Source: Eledone cirrhosa (taxonomy: Eukaryota). From it: a stretch of 64,000 bases of DNA. The DNA is taken from NCBI GenBank assembly GCA_964016885.1, contig OZ024742.1:202244001-202308000 (forward strand), read 5' to 3'. Positions 1-15,000 of the stretch are shown piece by piece (within the stretch, counting starts at the first letter, position 1; the number at the start of each line of letters is the position of its first letter). The notes under the pieces were generated by a model that was not told the origin of the DNA, did no database searches, and saw only the letters and a list, made by a program, of their open reading frames with translations. The position numbers and the translations under genes were made by a program.

Positions 1-3000
1 TTGGTGTTGTTGTTGTTGATGTTGGTGTTGTTATTGTTGATGTTGGTGTTGTTATTGTTGATGTTGGTGTTGTTATTGTTGGTGTTGGTGTTGTTGATGT
101 TGATGTTGGTGTTGTTAATGTTGATGTTGGTGTCGTTAATGTTGGTGTTGTTATAGTTGATGTTGGTGTTGTTAATGTTGATGTTGGTGTTGTTATTGTT
201 GATGTTGGTGTTGTTATTGTTGATGTTGGTGTTGTTATTGTTGATGTTGGTGTTGTTAATGTTGATGTTGGTGTTGTTATTGTTGATGTTGGTGTTGTTA
301 ATGTTGATGTTGGTGTTGTTATTGTTGATGTTGGTGTTGTTATTGTTGATCTTGGTGTTGTTATTGTTGATGTTGGTGTTGTTATTGTTGATGTTGGTGT
401 TGTTATTGTTGATGTTGGTGTTGTTATTGTTGATGTTGGTGTTGTTAATGTTGATATTTGTGTTGTTATTGTTGATGTTGGTGTTGTTAATGTTGATGTT
501 GGTGTTGTTAATGTTGATGTTGGTGTTGTTGATGTTGGTGTTGTTAATGTTGATGTTGGTGTTGTTATTGTTGATGTTGGTGTTGTTATTGTTGATGTTG
601 GTGTTGTTATTGTTGATGTTGGTGTTGTTATTGTTGATGTTGGTGTTGTTATTGTTTATGTTGGTGTTGTTATTGTTGATGTGGTGTTGTTAATGTTGAT
701 GTTGGTGTTGTTATTGTTGATGTTGGTGTTGTTATTGTTGATGTTGGTGTTGTTATTGTTGATGTTGGTGTTGTTAATGTTGATGTTGGTGTTGTTATTG
801 TTGATGTTGGTGTTGTTATTGTTGATGTTGGTGTTGTTATTGTTGATGTTGGTGTTGTTAATGTTGATGTTGGTGTTGTTGATGTTGATGTTGGTGTTGT
901 TATTGTTGATGTTGGTGTTGTTATTGTTGATGTTGGTGTTGTTGATGTTGGTGTTGGTGTTGTTGATGTTGGTGTTGTTATTGTTGATGTTGGTGTTGTT
1001 ATTGTTGATGTTGGTGTTGTTATTGTTGATGTTGGTGTTGTTGATGTTGATGTTGGTGTTGTTAATGTTGATGTTGGTGTCGTTAATGTTGGTGTTGCTA
1101 TTGTTGATGTTGATGTTGTTAATGTTGATGTTGGTGTTGTTATTGTTGGTGTTGGTGTTGTTGATGTTGATGTTGGTGTTGTTAATGTTGATGTTGATGT
1201 TAGTGTTGTTAATGTTGATGTTGGTGTTGTTAATGTTGGTGTTGTTATTGTTGATGTAGGTGTTGTTAATGTTGATGTTGGTGTTGTTATTGTTGATGTT
1301 GGTGTTGTTGATGTTGATGTTGGTGTTGTTAATGTTGATGTTGATGTTAGTGTTGTTAATATTGATGTTGGTGTTGTTAATGTTAATGTTGGTGTTGTTA
1401 TTGTTGGTGTTGTTATTGTTGATGTTGGTGTTGTTATTGTTGGTGTTGGTGTTGTTGATGTTGGTGTTGTTATTGTTGATGTTGGTGTTGTTAATGTTGA
1501 TGTTGGTGTTGTTATTGTTGATGTTGGTGTTGTTAATGTTGATGTTGGTGTTGTTAATGTTGATGTTGGTGTTGTTATTGTTGATGTTGGTGTTGTTATT
1601 GTTGATGTTGGTGTTGTTATTGTTGATGTTGGTGTTGTTATTGTAGATGTTGGTGTTTTTATTGTTGGTGTTGGTGTTGTTGATGTTGATGTTGGTGTTG
1701 TTAATGTTGATGTTGGTGTCGTTAATGTTGGTGTTGTTAATGTTGATGTTGGTGTTGTTATTGTTGATGTTGGTGTTGTTATTGTTGATGTTGGTGTTGT
1801 TAATGTTGATGTTGGTGTTGTTATTGTTGATGTTGGTGTTGTTATTGTTTGTGTTGGTGTTGTTGATGTTGATGTTGGTGATGTTGATGTTGATGTTGGT
1901 CTTGTTAATGTTGGTGTTGTTATTGTTGATGTTGGTGTTGTTAATGTTGATGTTGGTGTTGTTAATGTTGGTGTTGGTGTTGTTGATGTTGGTATTGTTA
2001 TTGTTGATGTTGGTCTTGGTGTTGTTATTGTTGATGTTGGTGTTGTTGATGTTGATGTTGGTGTCGTTAATGTTGACGTGGGTGTTGTTATTGTTGGTGT
2101 TGGTGTTGTTAATGTTGATGTTGGTGTCGTTAATGTTGACGTTGGTGTTGTTAATGTTGATGTTGGTGTCGTTAATGTTGACTTTGGTGTTGTTGATGTT
2201 GGTGTTGTTATTGTTGATGTTGGTGTTGTTAATGTTGATGTTGGTGTTGTTATTGTTGGTGTTGGTGTTGTTAATGTTGATGTTGGTGTTGTTAATGTTG
2301 GTGTTGGTGTTGTTATTGTTGGTGTTGGTGTTGTTATTGTTGATGTTGGTGTTGTTAATGTTGGTGTTGGTGTTGTTGATGTTGGTGTTGTTATTGTTGA
2401 TGTTGGTGTTGTTATTGTTGGTGTTGTTATTGTTGATGTTGGTGTTGTTAATGTTGATGTTGTTGTTGGTGTTGTTATTGTTGATGTTGGTGTTGTTATG
2501 TTGATGTTGGTTTTGTTATTGTTGATGTTGGTGTTGTTAATGTTGATGCTGGTGTTGTTATTGTTGATGTTGGTGTTGTTAATGTTGATGTTGGTGTTGT
2601 TATTGTTGATGTTGGTGCTGTTATTGTTGATGTTGGTGTTGTTGATGTTGGTGTTGTTATTGTTGATGTTGGTGTTGTTAATGTTGATGTTGGTGTTGTT
2701 ATTGTTGATGTTGGTGTTGTTAATGTTGATGTTGGTGTTGTTAATGTTGGTGTTGTTGTTGTTGATGTTGGTGTTGGTGTTGTTATTGTTGATGTTGGTG
2801 TTGTTAATGTTGATGTTGGTGTTGTTATTGTTGATGTTGGTGTTGTTGATGTTGGTGTTGTTAATGTTGATGTTGGTGTTGTTAATGTTGATGTTGGTGT
2901 TATTATTGTTGGTGTTGGTGTTGTTGATGTTGGTGTTGTTATTGTTGATGTCGGTGTTGTTGATGTTGGTGTTGGTGTTGTTATTGTTGATGTTGGTGTT

Positions 3001-6000
3001 GTTATTGTTGATGTTGGTGTTGTTGATGTTGGTGTTGTTATTGTTGATGTTGGTGTTGTTAATGTTGATGTTGGTGTTGTTATTGTTGATGTTGGTGTTG
3101 TTATTGTTGATGTTGGTGTTGTTATTGTTGATGTTGGTGTTGTTGATGTTGGTGTTGTTATTGTTGATGTTGGTGTTGTTAATGTTGATGTTGGCGTTGT
3201 TATTGTTGATGTTGGTGTTGTTATTGTTGATGTTGGTGTTGTTATTGTTGATGTTGGTGTTGTTGATGTTGGTGTTGTTATTGTTGATGTTGTTAATGTT
3301 GATGTTGGTGTTGTTATTGTTGATGTTGGTGTTTTTATTGTTGGTGTTGGTGTTGTTATTGTTGATGTTGGTGTTGTTGATGTTGGTGTTGTTATTGTTG
3401 ATGTTGGTGTTGTTGATGTTGGTGTTGTTATTGTTGATGTTGGTGTTGTTATTGTTGATGTTGGTGTTGTTAATGTTGATGTTGGTGTTGTTATTGTTGA
3501 TGTTGGTGTTGTTATTGCTGATGTTGGTGTCGTTATTGTTGATGTTGGTGTTGTTATTGTTGATGTTGGTCTTGTTAATGTTGATGTTGGTGTTGTTATT
3601 GTTGATGTTGGTGTTGTTATTGTTGATGTTGGTGTTGTTATTGTTGATGTTGGTGTTGTTAATGTTGATGTTGGTGTTGTTATTGTTGATGTTGGTGTTG
3701 TTATTGTTGATCTTGGTGTCGTTAATGTTGATGTTGGTGTTGTTAATGTTGATGTTGGTGTTGTTATTGTTGATGTTGGTGTTGTTAATGTTGATGTCGG
3801 TGTTGTTATTGTTGATGTTGATGTCGTTAATGTTGATGTTGGTGTTGTTATTGTTGATGTTGGTGTTGTTATTGTTGATGTTGGTGTTGTTAATGTTGAT
3901 GTTGGTGTTGCTATTGTTGATGTTGCTGTCGTTAATGTTGATCTCGGTGTTGTTATTGCTGATGTTGGTGTTGTTATTGTTGATGTTGGTGTTCTTAATG
4001 TTGATGTAGGTGTTGTTAATGTTGATGTTGGTGTTGTTAATGTTGATGTTGGTGTTGTTAATGTTGATGTTGGTGTTGTTATTGTTGATGTTGTTAATGT
4101 TGATGTAGGTGTTGTTAATGTTGATGTAGGTGTTGTTAATGTTGATGTTGGTGTTGTTAATGTTGATGTTGGTGTTGTTATTGTTGATGTTGGTGTTGTT
4201 ATTGTTGATGTTGGTGTTGTTATTGTTGATGTTGGTGTTGTTAATGTTGATGTTGGTGTTGTTATTGTTGATGTTGGTGTTGTTATTGTTGATGTTGGTG
4301 TCGTTAATGTTGATGTTGGTGTTGTTAATGTTGATGTTGGTGTTGTTATTGTTGATGTTGGTGTTGTTAATGTTGATGTCGGTGTTGTTATTGTTGATGT
4401 TGATGTCGTTAATGTTGATGTTGTTGTTGTTATTGTTGATGTTGGTGTTGTTATTGTTGATGTTGGTGTTGTTAATGTTGATGTTGGTGTCGTTAATGTT
4501 GATGTTGGTGTTGTTAATGTTGATGTTGGTGTTGTTATTGTTGATGTTGATGTTAATGTTGATGTTGGTGTTGTTATTATTGATGTTGGTGTTGTTAATG
4601 TTGATGTTGGTGTCGTTAATGTTGATGTTGGTGTTGTTAATGTTGATGTTGGTGTTGTTAATGTTGATGTTGGTGTCGTTAATGTTGATGTTGGTGTTGT
4701 TAATGTTGATGTTGGTGTTGTTATTGTTGATGTTGGTGTTGTTAATGTTGGTGTTGTTATTGTCGATGTTGGTGTTGTTAATGTTGATGTTGGTGTCGTT
4801 AATGTTGATGTTGGTGTTGTTAATGTTGATGTTGGTGTTGTTATTGTTGATGTTGGTGTTGTTAATGTTGGTGTTGTTAATGTTGATGTTGGTGTTGTTA
4901 ATGTTGATGTTGGTGTTGTTATTGTTGATGTTGGTGTTGTTAATGTTGATGTTAGTGTTGTTATTGTTGATGTTGGTGTTGTTAATGTTGATGTTGGTGT
5001 TGTTTATGTTGATGTTGGTGTTGTTATTGTTGATGTTGGTGTTGTTAATGTTGATATTGGTGTTGTTAATGTTGATGTAGGTGTTGTTATTGTTGATGTT
5101 GGTGTTGTTATTGTTGATGTTGGTGTTGTTATTGTTGATGTTGGTGTTGTTAATGTTGATATTGGTGTTGTTAATGTTGATGTAGGTGTTGTTATTGTTG
5201 ATGTTGGTGTTGTTAATGTTGATGTTGGTGTTGTTAATGTTGGTGTTGGTGTTGTTGATGTTGGTATTGTTATTGTTGATGTTGGTCTTGGTGTTGTTAT
5301 TGTTGATGTTGGTGTTGTTGATGTTGATGTTGGTGTCGTTAATGTTGACGTGGGTGTTGTTATTGTTGGTGTTGGTGTTGTTAATGTTGATGTTGGTGTC
5401 GTTAATGTTGACGTTGGTGTTGTTAATGTTGATGTTGGTGTCGTTAATGTTGACTTTGGTGTTGTCGATGTTGGTGTTGTTATTGTTGATGTTGGTGTTG
5501 TTAATGTTGATGTTGGTGTTGTTATTGTTGGTGTTGGTGTTGTTAATGTTGATGTTGGTGTTGTTAATGTTGGTGTTGGTGTTGTTATTGTTGGTGTTGG
5601 TGTTGTTATTGTTGATGTTGGTGTTGTTAATGTTGGTGTTGGTGTTGTTGATGTTGGTGTTGTTATTGTTGATGTTGGTGTTGTTATTGTTGATGTTGGT
5701 GTTGTTATTGTTGGTGTTGTTATTGTTGATGTTGGTGTTGTTAATGTTGATGTTGTTGTTGGTGTTGGTGTTGTTATGTTGATGTTGGTGTTGTTATTGT
5801 TGATGTTGGTTTTGTTATTGTTGATGTTGGTGTTGTTAATGTTGATGCTGGTGTTGTTATTGTTGATGTTGGTGTTGTTAATGTTGATGTTGGTGTTGTT
5901 ATTGTTGATGTTGGTGCTGTTATTGTTGATGTTGGTGTTGTTGATGTTGGTGTTGTTATTGTTGATGTTGGTGTTGTTAATGTTGATGTTGGTGTTGTTA

Positions 6001-9000
6001 TTGTTGATGTTGGTGTTGTTAATGTTGATGTTGGTGTTGTTAATGTTGGTGTTGTTGTTGTTGATGTTGGTGTTGGTGTTGTTATTGTTGATGTTGGTGT
6101 TGTTAATGTTGATGTTGGTGTTGTTATTGTTGATGTTGGTGTTGTTGATGTTGGTGTTGTTAATGTTGATGTTGGTGTTGTTAATGTTGATGTTGGTGTT
6201 ATTATTGTTGGTGTTGGTGTTGTTGATGTTGGTGTTGTTATTGTTGATGTCGGTGTTGTTGATGTTGGTGTTGGTGTTGTTATTGTTGATGTTGGTGTTG
6301 TTATTGTTGATGTTGGTGTTGTTGATGTTGGTGTTGTTATTGTTGATGTTGGTGTTGTTATTGTTGGTGTTGGTGTTGTTGATGTTGATGTTGGTGTTGT
6401 TAATGTTGATGTTGGTGTCGTTAATGTTGGTGTTGTTATAGTTGATGTTGGTGTTGTTAATGTTGATGTTGGTGTTGTTATTGTTGATGTTGGTGTTGTT
6501 ATTGTTGATGTTGGTGTTGTTATTGTTGATGTTGGTGTTGTTAATGTTGATGTTGGTGTTGTTATTGTTGATGTTGGTGTTGTTAATGTTGATGTTGGTG
6601 TTGTTATTGTTGATGTTGGTGTTGTTATTGTTGATCTTGGTGTTGTTATTGTTGATGTTGGTGTTGTTATTGTTGATGTTGGTGTTGTTATTGTTGATGT
6701 TGGTGTTGTTATTGTTGATGTTGGTGTTGTTAATGTTGATATTTGTGTTGTTATTGTTGATGTTGGTGTTGTTAATGTTGATGTTGGTGTTGTTAATGTT
6801 GATGTTGGTGTTGTTGATGTTGGTGTTGTTAATGTTGATGTTGGTGTTGTTATTGTTGATGTTGGTGTTGTTATTGTTGATGTTGGTGTTGTTATTGTTG
6901 ATGTTGGTGTTGTTATTGTTGATGTTGGTGTTGTTATTGTTTATGTTGGTGTTGTTATTGTTGATGTGGTGTTGTTAATGTTGATGTTGGTGTTGTTATT
7001 GTTGATGTTGGTGTTGTTATTGTTGATGTTGGTGTTGTTATTGTTGATGTTGGTGTTGTTAATGTTGATGTTGGTGTTGTTATTGTTGATGTTGGTGTTG
7101 TTATTGTTGATGTTGGTGTTGTTATTGTTGATGTTGGTGTTGTTAATGTTGATGTTGGTGTTGTTGATGTTGATGTTGGTGTTGTTATTGTTGATGTTGG
7201 TGTTGTTATTGTTGATGTTGGTGTTGTTATTGTTGATGTTGGTGTTGTTGATGTTGGTGTTGTTATTGTTGATGTTGTTAATGTTGATGTTGGTGTTGTT
7301 ATTGTTGATGTTGGTGTTTTTATTGTTGGTGTTGGTGTTGTTATTGTTGATGTTGGTGTTGTTATTGTTGATGTTGGTGTTGTTGATGTTGGTGTTGTTA
7401 TTGTTGATGTTGGTGTTGTTATTGTTGATGTTGGTGTTGTTAATGTTGATGTTGGTGTTGTTATTGTTGATGTTGGTGTTGTTATTGCTGATGTTGGTGT
7501 CGTTATTGTTGATGTTGGTGTTGTTATTGTTGATGTTGGTCTTGTTAATGTTGATGTTGGTGTTGTTATTGTTGATGTTGGTGTTGTTATTGTTGATGTT
7601 GGTGTTGTTATTGTTGATGTTGGTGTTGTTAATGTTGATGTTGGTGTTGTTATTGTTGATGTTGGTGTTGTTATTGTTGATCTTGGTGTCGTTAATGTTG
7701 ATGTTGGTGTTGTTAATGTTGATGTTGGTGTTGTTATTGTTGATGTTGGTGTTGTTAATGTTGATGTCGGTGTTGTTATTGTTGATGTTGATGTCGTTAA
7801 TGTTGATGTTGGTGTTGTTATTGTTGATGTTGGTGTTGTTATTGTTGATGTTGGTGTTGTTAATGTTGATGTTGGTGTTGCTATTGTTGATGTTGCTGTC
7901 GTTAATGTTGATCTCGGTGTTGTTATTGCTGATGTTGGTGTTGTTATTGTTGATGTTGGTGTTCTTAATGTTGATGTAGGTGTTGTTAATGTTGATGTTG
8001 GTGTTGTTAATGTTGATGTTGGTGTTGTTAATGTTGATGTTGGTGTTGTTATTGTTGATGTTGTTAATGTTGATGTAGGTGTTGTTAATGTTGATGTAGG
8101 TGTTGTTAATGTTGATGTTGGTGTTGTTAATGTTGATGTTGGTGTTGTTATTGTTGATGTTGGTGTTGTTATTGTTGATGTTGGTGTTGTTATTGTTGAT
8201 GTTGGTGTTGTTAATGTTGATGTTGGTGTTGTTATTGTTGATGTTGGTGTTGTTATTGTTGATGTTGGTGTCGTTAATGTTGATGTTGGTGTTGTTAATG
8301 TTGATGTTGGTGTTGTTATTGTTGATGTTGGTGTTGTTAATGTTGATGTCGGTGTTGTTATTGTTGATGTTGATGTCGTTAATGTTGATGTTGTTGTTGT
8401 TATTGTTGATGTTGGTGTTGTTATTGTTGATGTTGGTGTTGTTAATGTTGATGTTGGTGTCGTTAATGTTGATGTTGGTGTTGTTAATGTTGATGTTGGT
8501 GTTGTTATTGTTGATGTTGATGTTAATGTTGATGTTGGTGTTGTTATTATTGATGTTGGTGTTGTTAATGTTGATGTTGGTGTCGTTAATGTTGATGTTG
8601 GTGTTGTTAATGTTGATGTTGGTGTTGTTAATGTTGATGTTGGTGTCGTTAATGTTGATGTTGGTGTTGTTAATGTTGATGTTGGTGTTGTTATTGTTGA
8701 TGTTGGTGTTGTTAATGTTGGTGTTGTTATTGTCGATGTTGGTGTTGTTAATGTTGATGTTGGTGTCGTTAATGTTGATGTTGGTGTTGTTAATGTTGAT
8801 GTTGGTGTTGTTATTGTTGATGTTGGTGTTGTTAATGTTGGTGTTGTTAATGTTGATGTTGGTGTTGTTAATGTTGATGTTGGTGTTGTTATTGTTGATG
8901 TTGGTGTTGTTAATGTTGATGTTAGTGTTGTTATTGTTGATGTTGGTGTTGTTAATGTTGATGTTGGTGTTGTTTATGTTGATGTTGGTGTTGTTATTGT

Positions 9001-12000
9001 TGATGTTGGTGTTGTTAATGTTGATATTGGTGTTGTTAATGTTGATGTAGGTGTTGTTATTGTTGATGTTGGTGTTGTTATTGTTGATGTTGGTGTTGTT
9101 ATTGTTGATGTTGGTGTTGTTAATGTTGATATTGGTGTTGTTAATGTTGATGTAGGTGTTGTTATTGTTGATGTTGGTGTTGTTAATGTTGATGTTGGTG
9201 TTGTTAATGTTGGTGTTGGTGTTGTTGATGTTGGTATTGTTATTGTTGATGTTGGTCTTGGTGTTGTTATTGTTGATGTTGGTGTTGTTGATGTTGATGT
9301 TGGTGTCGTTAATGTTGACGTGGGTGTTGTTATTGTTGGTGTTGGTGTTGTTAATGTTGATGTTGGTGTCGTTAATGTTGACGTTGGTGTTGTTAATGTT
9401 GATGTTGGTGTCGTTAATGTTGACTTTGGTGTTGTCGATGTTGGTGTTGTTATTGTTGATGTTGGTGTTGTTAATGTTGATGTTGGTGTTGTTATTGTTG
9501 GTGTTGGTGTTGTTAATGTTGATGTTGGTGTTGTTAATGTTGGTGTTGGTGTTGTTATTGTTGGTGTTGGTGTTGTTATTGTTGATGTTGGTGTTGTTAA
9601 TGTTGGTGTTGGTGTTGTTGATGTTGGTGTTGTTATTGTTGATGTTGGTGTTGTTATTGTTGATGTTGGTGTTGTTATTGTTGGTGTTGTTATTGTTGAT
9701 GTTGGTGTTGTTAATGTTGATGTTGTTGTTGGTGTTGGTGTTGTTATGTTGATGTTGGTGTTGTTATTGTTGATGTTGGTTTTGTTATTGTTGATGTTGG
9801 TGTTGTTAATGTTGATGCTGGTGTTGTTATTGTTGATGTTGGTGTTGTTAATGTTGATGTTGGTGTTGTTATTGTTGATGTTGGTGCTGTTATTGTTGAT
9901 GTTGGTGTTGTTGATGTTGGTGTTGTTATTGTTGATGTTGGTGTTGTTAATGTTGATGTTGGTGTTGTTATTGTTGATGTTGGTGTTGTTAATGTTGATG
10001 TTGGTGTTGTTAATGTTGGTGTTGTTGTTGTTGATGTTGGTGTTGGTGTTGTTATTGTTGATGTTGGTGTTGTTAATGTTGATGTTGGTGTTGTTATTGT
10101 TGATGTTGGTGTTGTTGATGTTGGTGTTGTTAATGTTGATGTTGGTGTTGTTAATGTTGATGTTGGTGTTATTATTGTTGGTGTTGGTGTTGTTGATGTT
10201 GGTGTTGTTATTGTTGATGTCGGTGTTGTTGATGTTGGTGTTGGTGTTGTTATTGTTGATGTTGGTGTTGTTATTGTTGATGTTGGTGTTGTTGATGTTG
10301 GTGTTGTTATTGTTGATGTTGGTGTTGTTATTGTTGGTGTTGGTGTTGTTGATGTTGATGTTGGTGTTGTTAATGTTGATGTTGGTGTCGTTAATGTTGG
10401 TGTTGTTATAGTTGATGTTGGTGTTGTTAATGTTGATGTTGGTGTTGTTATTGTTGATGTTGGTGTTGTTATTGTTGATGTTGGTGTTGTTATTGTTGAT
10501 GTTGGTGTTGTTAATGTTGATGTTGGTGTTGTTATTGTTGATGTTGGTGTTGTTAATGTTGATGTTGGTGTTGTTATTGTTGATGTTGGTGTTGTTATTG
10601 TTGATCTTGGTGTTGTTATTGTTGATGTTGGTGTTGTTATTGTTGATGTTGGTGTTGTTATTGTTGATGTTGGTGTTGTTATTGTTGATGTTGGTGTTGT
10701 TAATGTTGATATTTGTGTTGTTATTGTTGATGTTGGTGTTGTTAATGTTGATGTTGGTGTTGTTAATGTTGATGTTGGTGTTGTTGATGTTGGTGTTGTT
10801 AATGTTGATGTTGGTGTTGTTATTGTTGATGTTGGTGTTGTTATTGTTGATGTTGGTGTTGTTATTGTTGATGTTGGTGTTGTTATTGTTGATGTTGGTG
10901 TTGTTATTGTTTATGTTGGTGTTGTTATTGTTGATGTGGTGTTGTTAATGTTGATGTAGGTGTTGTTATTGTTGATGTTGGTGTTGTTATTGTTGATGTT
11001 GGTGTTGTTATTGTTGATGTTGGTGTTGTTAATGTTGATGTTGGTGTTGTTATTGTTGATGTTGGTGTTGTTATTGTTGATGTTGGTGTTGTTATTGTTG
11101 ATGTTGGTGTTGTTAATGTTGATGTTGGTGTTGTTGATGTTGATGTTGGTGTTGTTATTGTTGATGTTGGTGTTGTTATTGTTGATGTTGGTGTTGTTGA
11201 TGTTGGTGTTGGTGTTGTTGATGTTGGTGTTGTTATTGTTGATGTTGGTGTTGTTATTGTTGATGTTGGTGTTGTTATTGTTGATGTTGGTGTTGTTGAT
11301 GTTGATGTTGGTGTTGTTAATGTTGATGTTGGTGTCGTTAATGTTGGTGTTGCTATTGTTGATGTTGATGTTGTTAATGTTGATGTTGGTGTTGTTATTG
11401 TTGGTGTTGGTGTTGTTGATGTTGATGTTGGTGTTGTTAATGTTGATGTTGATGTTAGTGTTGTTAATGTTGATGTTGGTGTTGTTAATGTTGGTGTTGT
11501 TATTGTTGATGTAGGTGTTGTTAATGTTGATGTTGGTGTTGTTATTGTTGATGTTGGTGTTGTTGATGTTGATGTTGGTGTTGTTAATGTTGATGTTGAT
11601 GTTAGTGTTGTTAATATTGATGTTGGTGTTGTTAATGTTAATGTTGGTGTTGTTATTGTTGGTGTTGTTATTGTTGATGTTGGTGTTGTTATTGTTGGTG
11701 TTGGTGTTGTTGATGTTGGTGTTGTTATTGTTGATGTTGGTGTTGTTAATGTTGATGTTGGTGTTGTTATTGTTGATGTTGGTGTTGTTAATGTTGATGT
11801 TGGTGTTGTTAATGTTGATGTTGGTGTTGTTATTGTTGATGTTGGTGTTGTTATTGTTGATGTTGGTGTTGTTATTGTTGATGTTGGTGTTGTTATTGTA
11901 GATGTTGGTGTTTTTATTGTTGGTGTTGGTGTTGTTGATGTTGATGTTGGTGTTGTTAATGTTGATGTTGGTGTCGTTAATGTTGGTGTTGTTAATGTTG

Positions 12001-15000
12001 ATGTTGGTGTTGTTATTGTTGATGTTGGTGTTGTTATTGTTGATGTTGGTGTTGTTAATGTTGATGTTGGTGTTGTTATTGTTGATGTTGGCGTTGTTAT
12101 TGTTTGTGTTGGTGTTGTTGATGTTGATGTTGGTGATGTTGATGTTGATGTTGGTCTTGTTAATGTTGGTGTTGTTATTGTTGATGTTGGTGTTGTTAAT
12201 GTTGATGTTGGTGTTGTTAATGTTGGTGTTGGTGTTGTTGATGTTGGTATTGTTGTTGTTGATGTTGGTCTTGGTGTTGTTATTGTTGATGTTGGTGTTG
12301 TTGATGTTGATGTTGGTGTCGTTAATGTTGACGTGGGTGTTGTTATTGTTGGTGTTGGTGTTGTTAATGTTGATGTTGGTGTCGTTAATGTTGACGTTGG
12401 TGTTGTTAATGTTGATGTTGGTGTCGTTAATGTTGACTTTGGTGTTGTTGATGTTGGTGTTGTTATTGTTGATGTTGGTGTTGTTAATGTTGATGTTGGT
12501 GTTGTTATTGTTGGTGTTGGTGTTGTTAATGTTGATGTTGGTGTTGTTAATGTTGGTGTTGGTGTTGTTATTGTTGGTGTTGGTGTTGTTATTGTTGATG
12601 TTGGTGTTGTTAATGTTGGTGTTGGTGTTGTTGATGTTGGTGTTGTTATTGTTGATGTTGGTGTTGTTATTGTTGGTGTTGTTATTGTTGATGTTGGTGT
12701 TGTTAATGTTGATGTTGTTGTTGGTGTTGTTATTGTTGATGTTGGTGTTGTTATGTTGATGTTGGTTTTGTTATTGTTGATGTTGGTGTTGTTAATGTTG
12801 ATGCTGGTGTTGTTATTGTTGATGTTGGTGTTGTTAATGTTGATGTTGGTGTTGTTATTGTTGATGTTGGTGCTGTTATTGTTGATGTTGGTGTTGTTGA
12901 TGTTGGTGTTGTTATTGTTGATGTTGGTGTTGTTAATGTTGATGTTGGTGTTGTTATTGTTGATGTTGGTGTTGTTAATGTTGATGTTGGTGTTGTTAAT
13001 GTTGGTGTTGTTGTTGTTGATGTTGGTGTTGGTGTTGTTATTGTTGATGTTGGTGTTGTTAATGTTGATGTTGGTGTTGTTATTGTTGATGTTGGTGTTG
13101 TTGATGTTGGTGTTGTTAATGTTGATGTTGGTGTTGTTAATGTTGATGTTGGTGTTATTATTGTTGGTGTTGGTGTTGTTGATGTTGGTGTTGTTATTGT
13201 TGATGTCGGTGTTGTTGATGTTGGTGTTGGTGTTGTTATTGTTGATGTTGGTGTTGTTATTGTTGATGTTGGTGTTGTTGATGTTGGTGTTGTTATTGTT
13301 GATGTTGGTGTTGTTAATGTTGATGTTGGTGTTGTTATTGTTGATGTTGGTGTTGTTATTGTTGATGTTGGTGTTGTTATTGTTGATGTTGGTGTTGTTG
13401 ATGTTGGTGTTGTTATTGTTGATGTTGGTGTTGTTAATGTTGATGTTGGCGTTGTTATTGTTGATGTTGGTGTTGTTATTGTTGATGTTGGTGTTGTTAT
13501 TGTTGATGTTGGTGTTGTTGATGTTGGTGTTGTTATTGTTGATGTTGTTAATGTTGATGTTGGTGTTGTTATTGTTGATGTTGGTGTTTTTATTGTTGGT
13601 GTTGGTGTTGTTATTGTTGATGTTGGTGTTGTTGATGTTGGTGTTGTTATTGTTGATGTTGGTGTTGTTGATGTTGGTGTTGTTATTGTTGATGTTGGTG
13701 TTGTTATTGTTGATGTTGGTGTTGTTAATGTTGATGTTGGTGTTGTTATTGTTGATGTTGGTGTTGTTATTGCTGATGTTGGTGTCGTTATTGTTGATGT
13801 TGGTGTTGTTATTGTTGATGTTGGTCTTGTTAATGTTGATGTTGGTGTTGTTATTGTTGATGTTGGTGTTGTTATTGTTGATGTTGGTGTTGTTATTGTT
13901 GATGTTGGTGTTGTTAATGTTGATGTTGGTGTTGTTATTGTTGATGTTGGTGTTGTTATTGTTGATCTTGGTGTCGTTAATGTTGATGTTGGTGTTGTTA
14001 ATGTTGATGTTGGTGTTGTTATTGTTGATGTTGGTGTTGTTAATGTTGATGTCGGTGTTGTTATTGTTGATGTTGATGTCGTTAATGTTGATGTTGTTGT
14101 TGTTATTGTTGATGTTGGTGTTGTTATTGTTGATGTTGGTGTTGTTAATGTTGATGTTGGTGTCGTTAATGTTGATGTTGGTGTTGTTAATGTTGATGTT
14201 GGTGTTGTTATTGTTGATGTTGATGTTAATGTTGATGTTGGTGTTGTTATTGTTGATGTTGGTGTTGTTAATGTTGATGTTGGTGTCGTTAATGTTGATG
14301 TTGGTGTTGTTAATGTTGATGTTGGTGTTGTTAATGTTGATGTTGGTGTCGTTAATGTTGATGTTGGTGTTGTTAATGTTGATGTTGGTGTTGTTATTGT
14401 TGATGTTGGTGTTGTTAATGTTGGTGTTGTTATTGTCGATGTTGGTGTTGTTAATGTTGATGTTGGTGTCGTTAATGTTGATGTTGGTGTTGTTAATGTT
14501 GATGTTGGTGTTGTTATTGTTGATGTTGGTGTTGTTAATGTTGGTGTTGTTAATGTTGATGTTGGTGTTGTTAATGTTGATGTTGGTGTTGTTATTGTTG
14601 ATGTTGGTGTTGTTAATGTTGATGTTAGTGTTGTTATTGTTGATGTTGGTGTTGTTAATGTTGATGTTGGTGTTGTTTATGTTGATGTTGGTGTTGTTAT
14701 TGTTGATGTTGGTGTTGTTAATGTTGATATTGGTGTTGTTAATGTTGATGTAGGTGTTGTTATTGTTGATGTTGGTGTTGTTATTGTTGATGTTGGTGTT
14801 GTTATTGTTGATGTTGGTGTTGTTAATGTTGATATTGGTGTTGTTAATGTTGATGTAGGTGTTGTTATTGTTGATGTTGGTGTTGTTAATGTTGATGTTG
14901 GTGTTGTTAATGTTGGTGTTGGTGTTGTTGATGTTGGTATTGTTATTGTTGATGTTGGTCTTGGTGTTGTTATTGTTGATGTTGGTGTTGTTGATGTTGA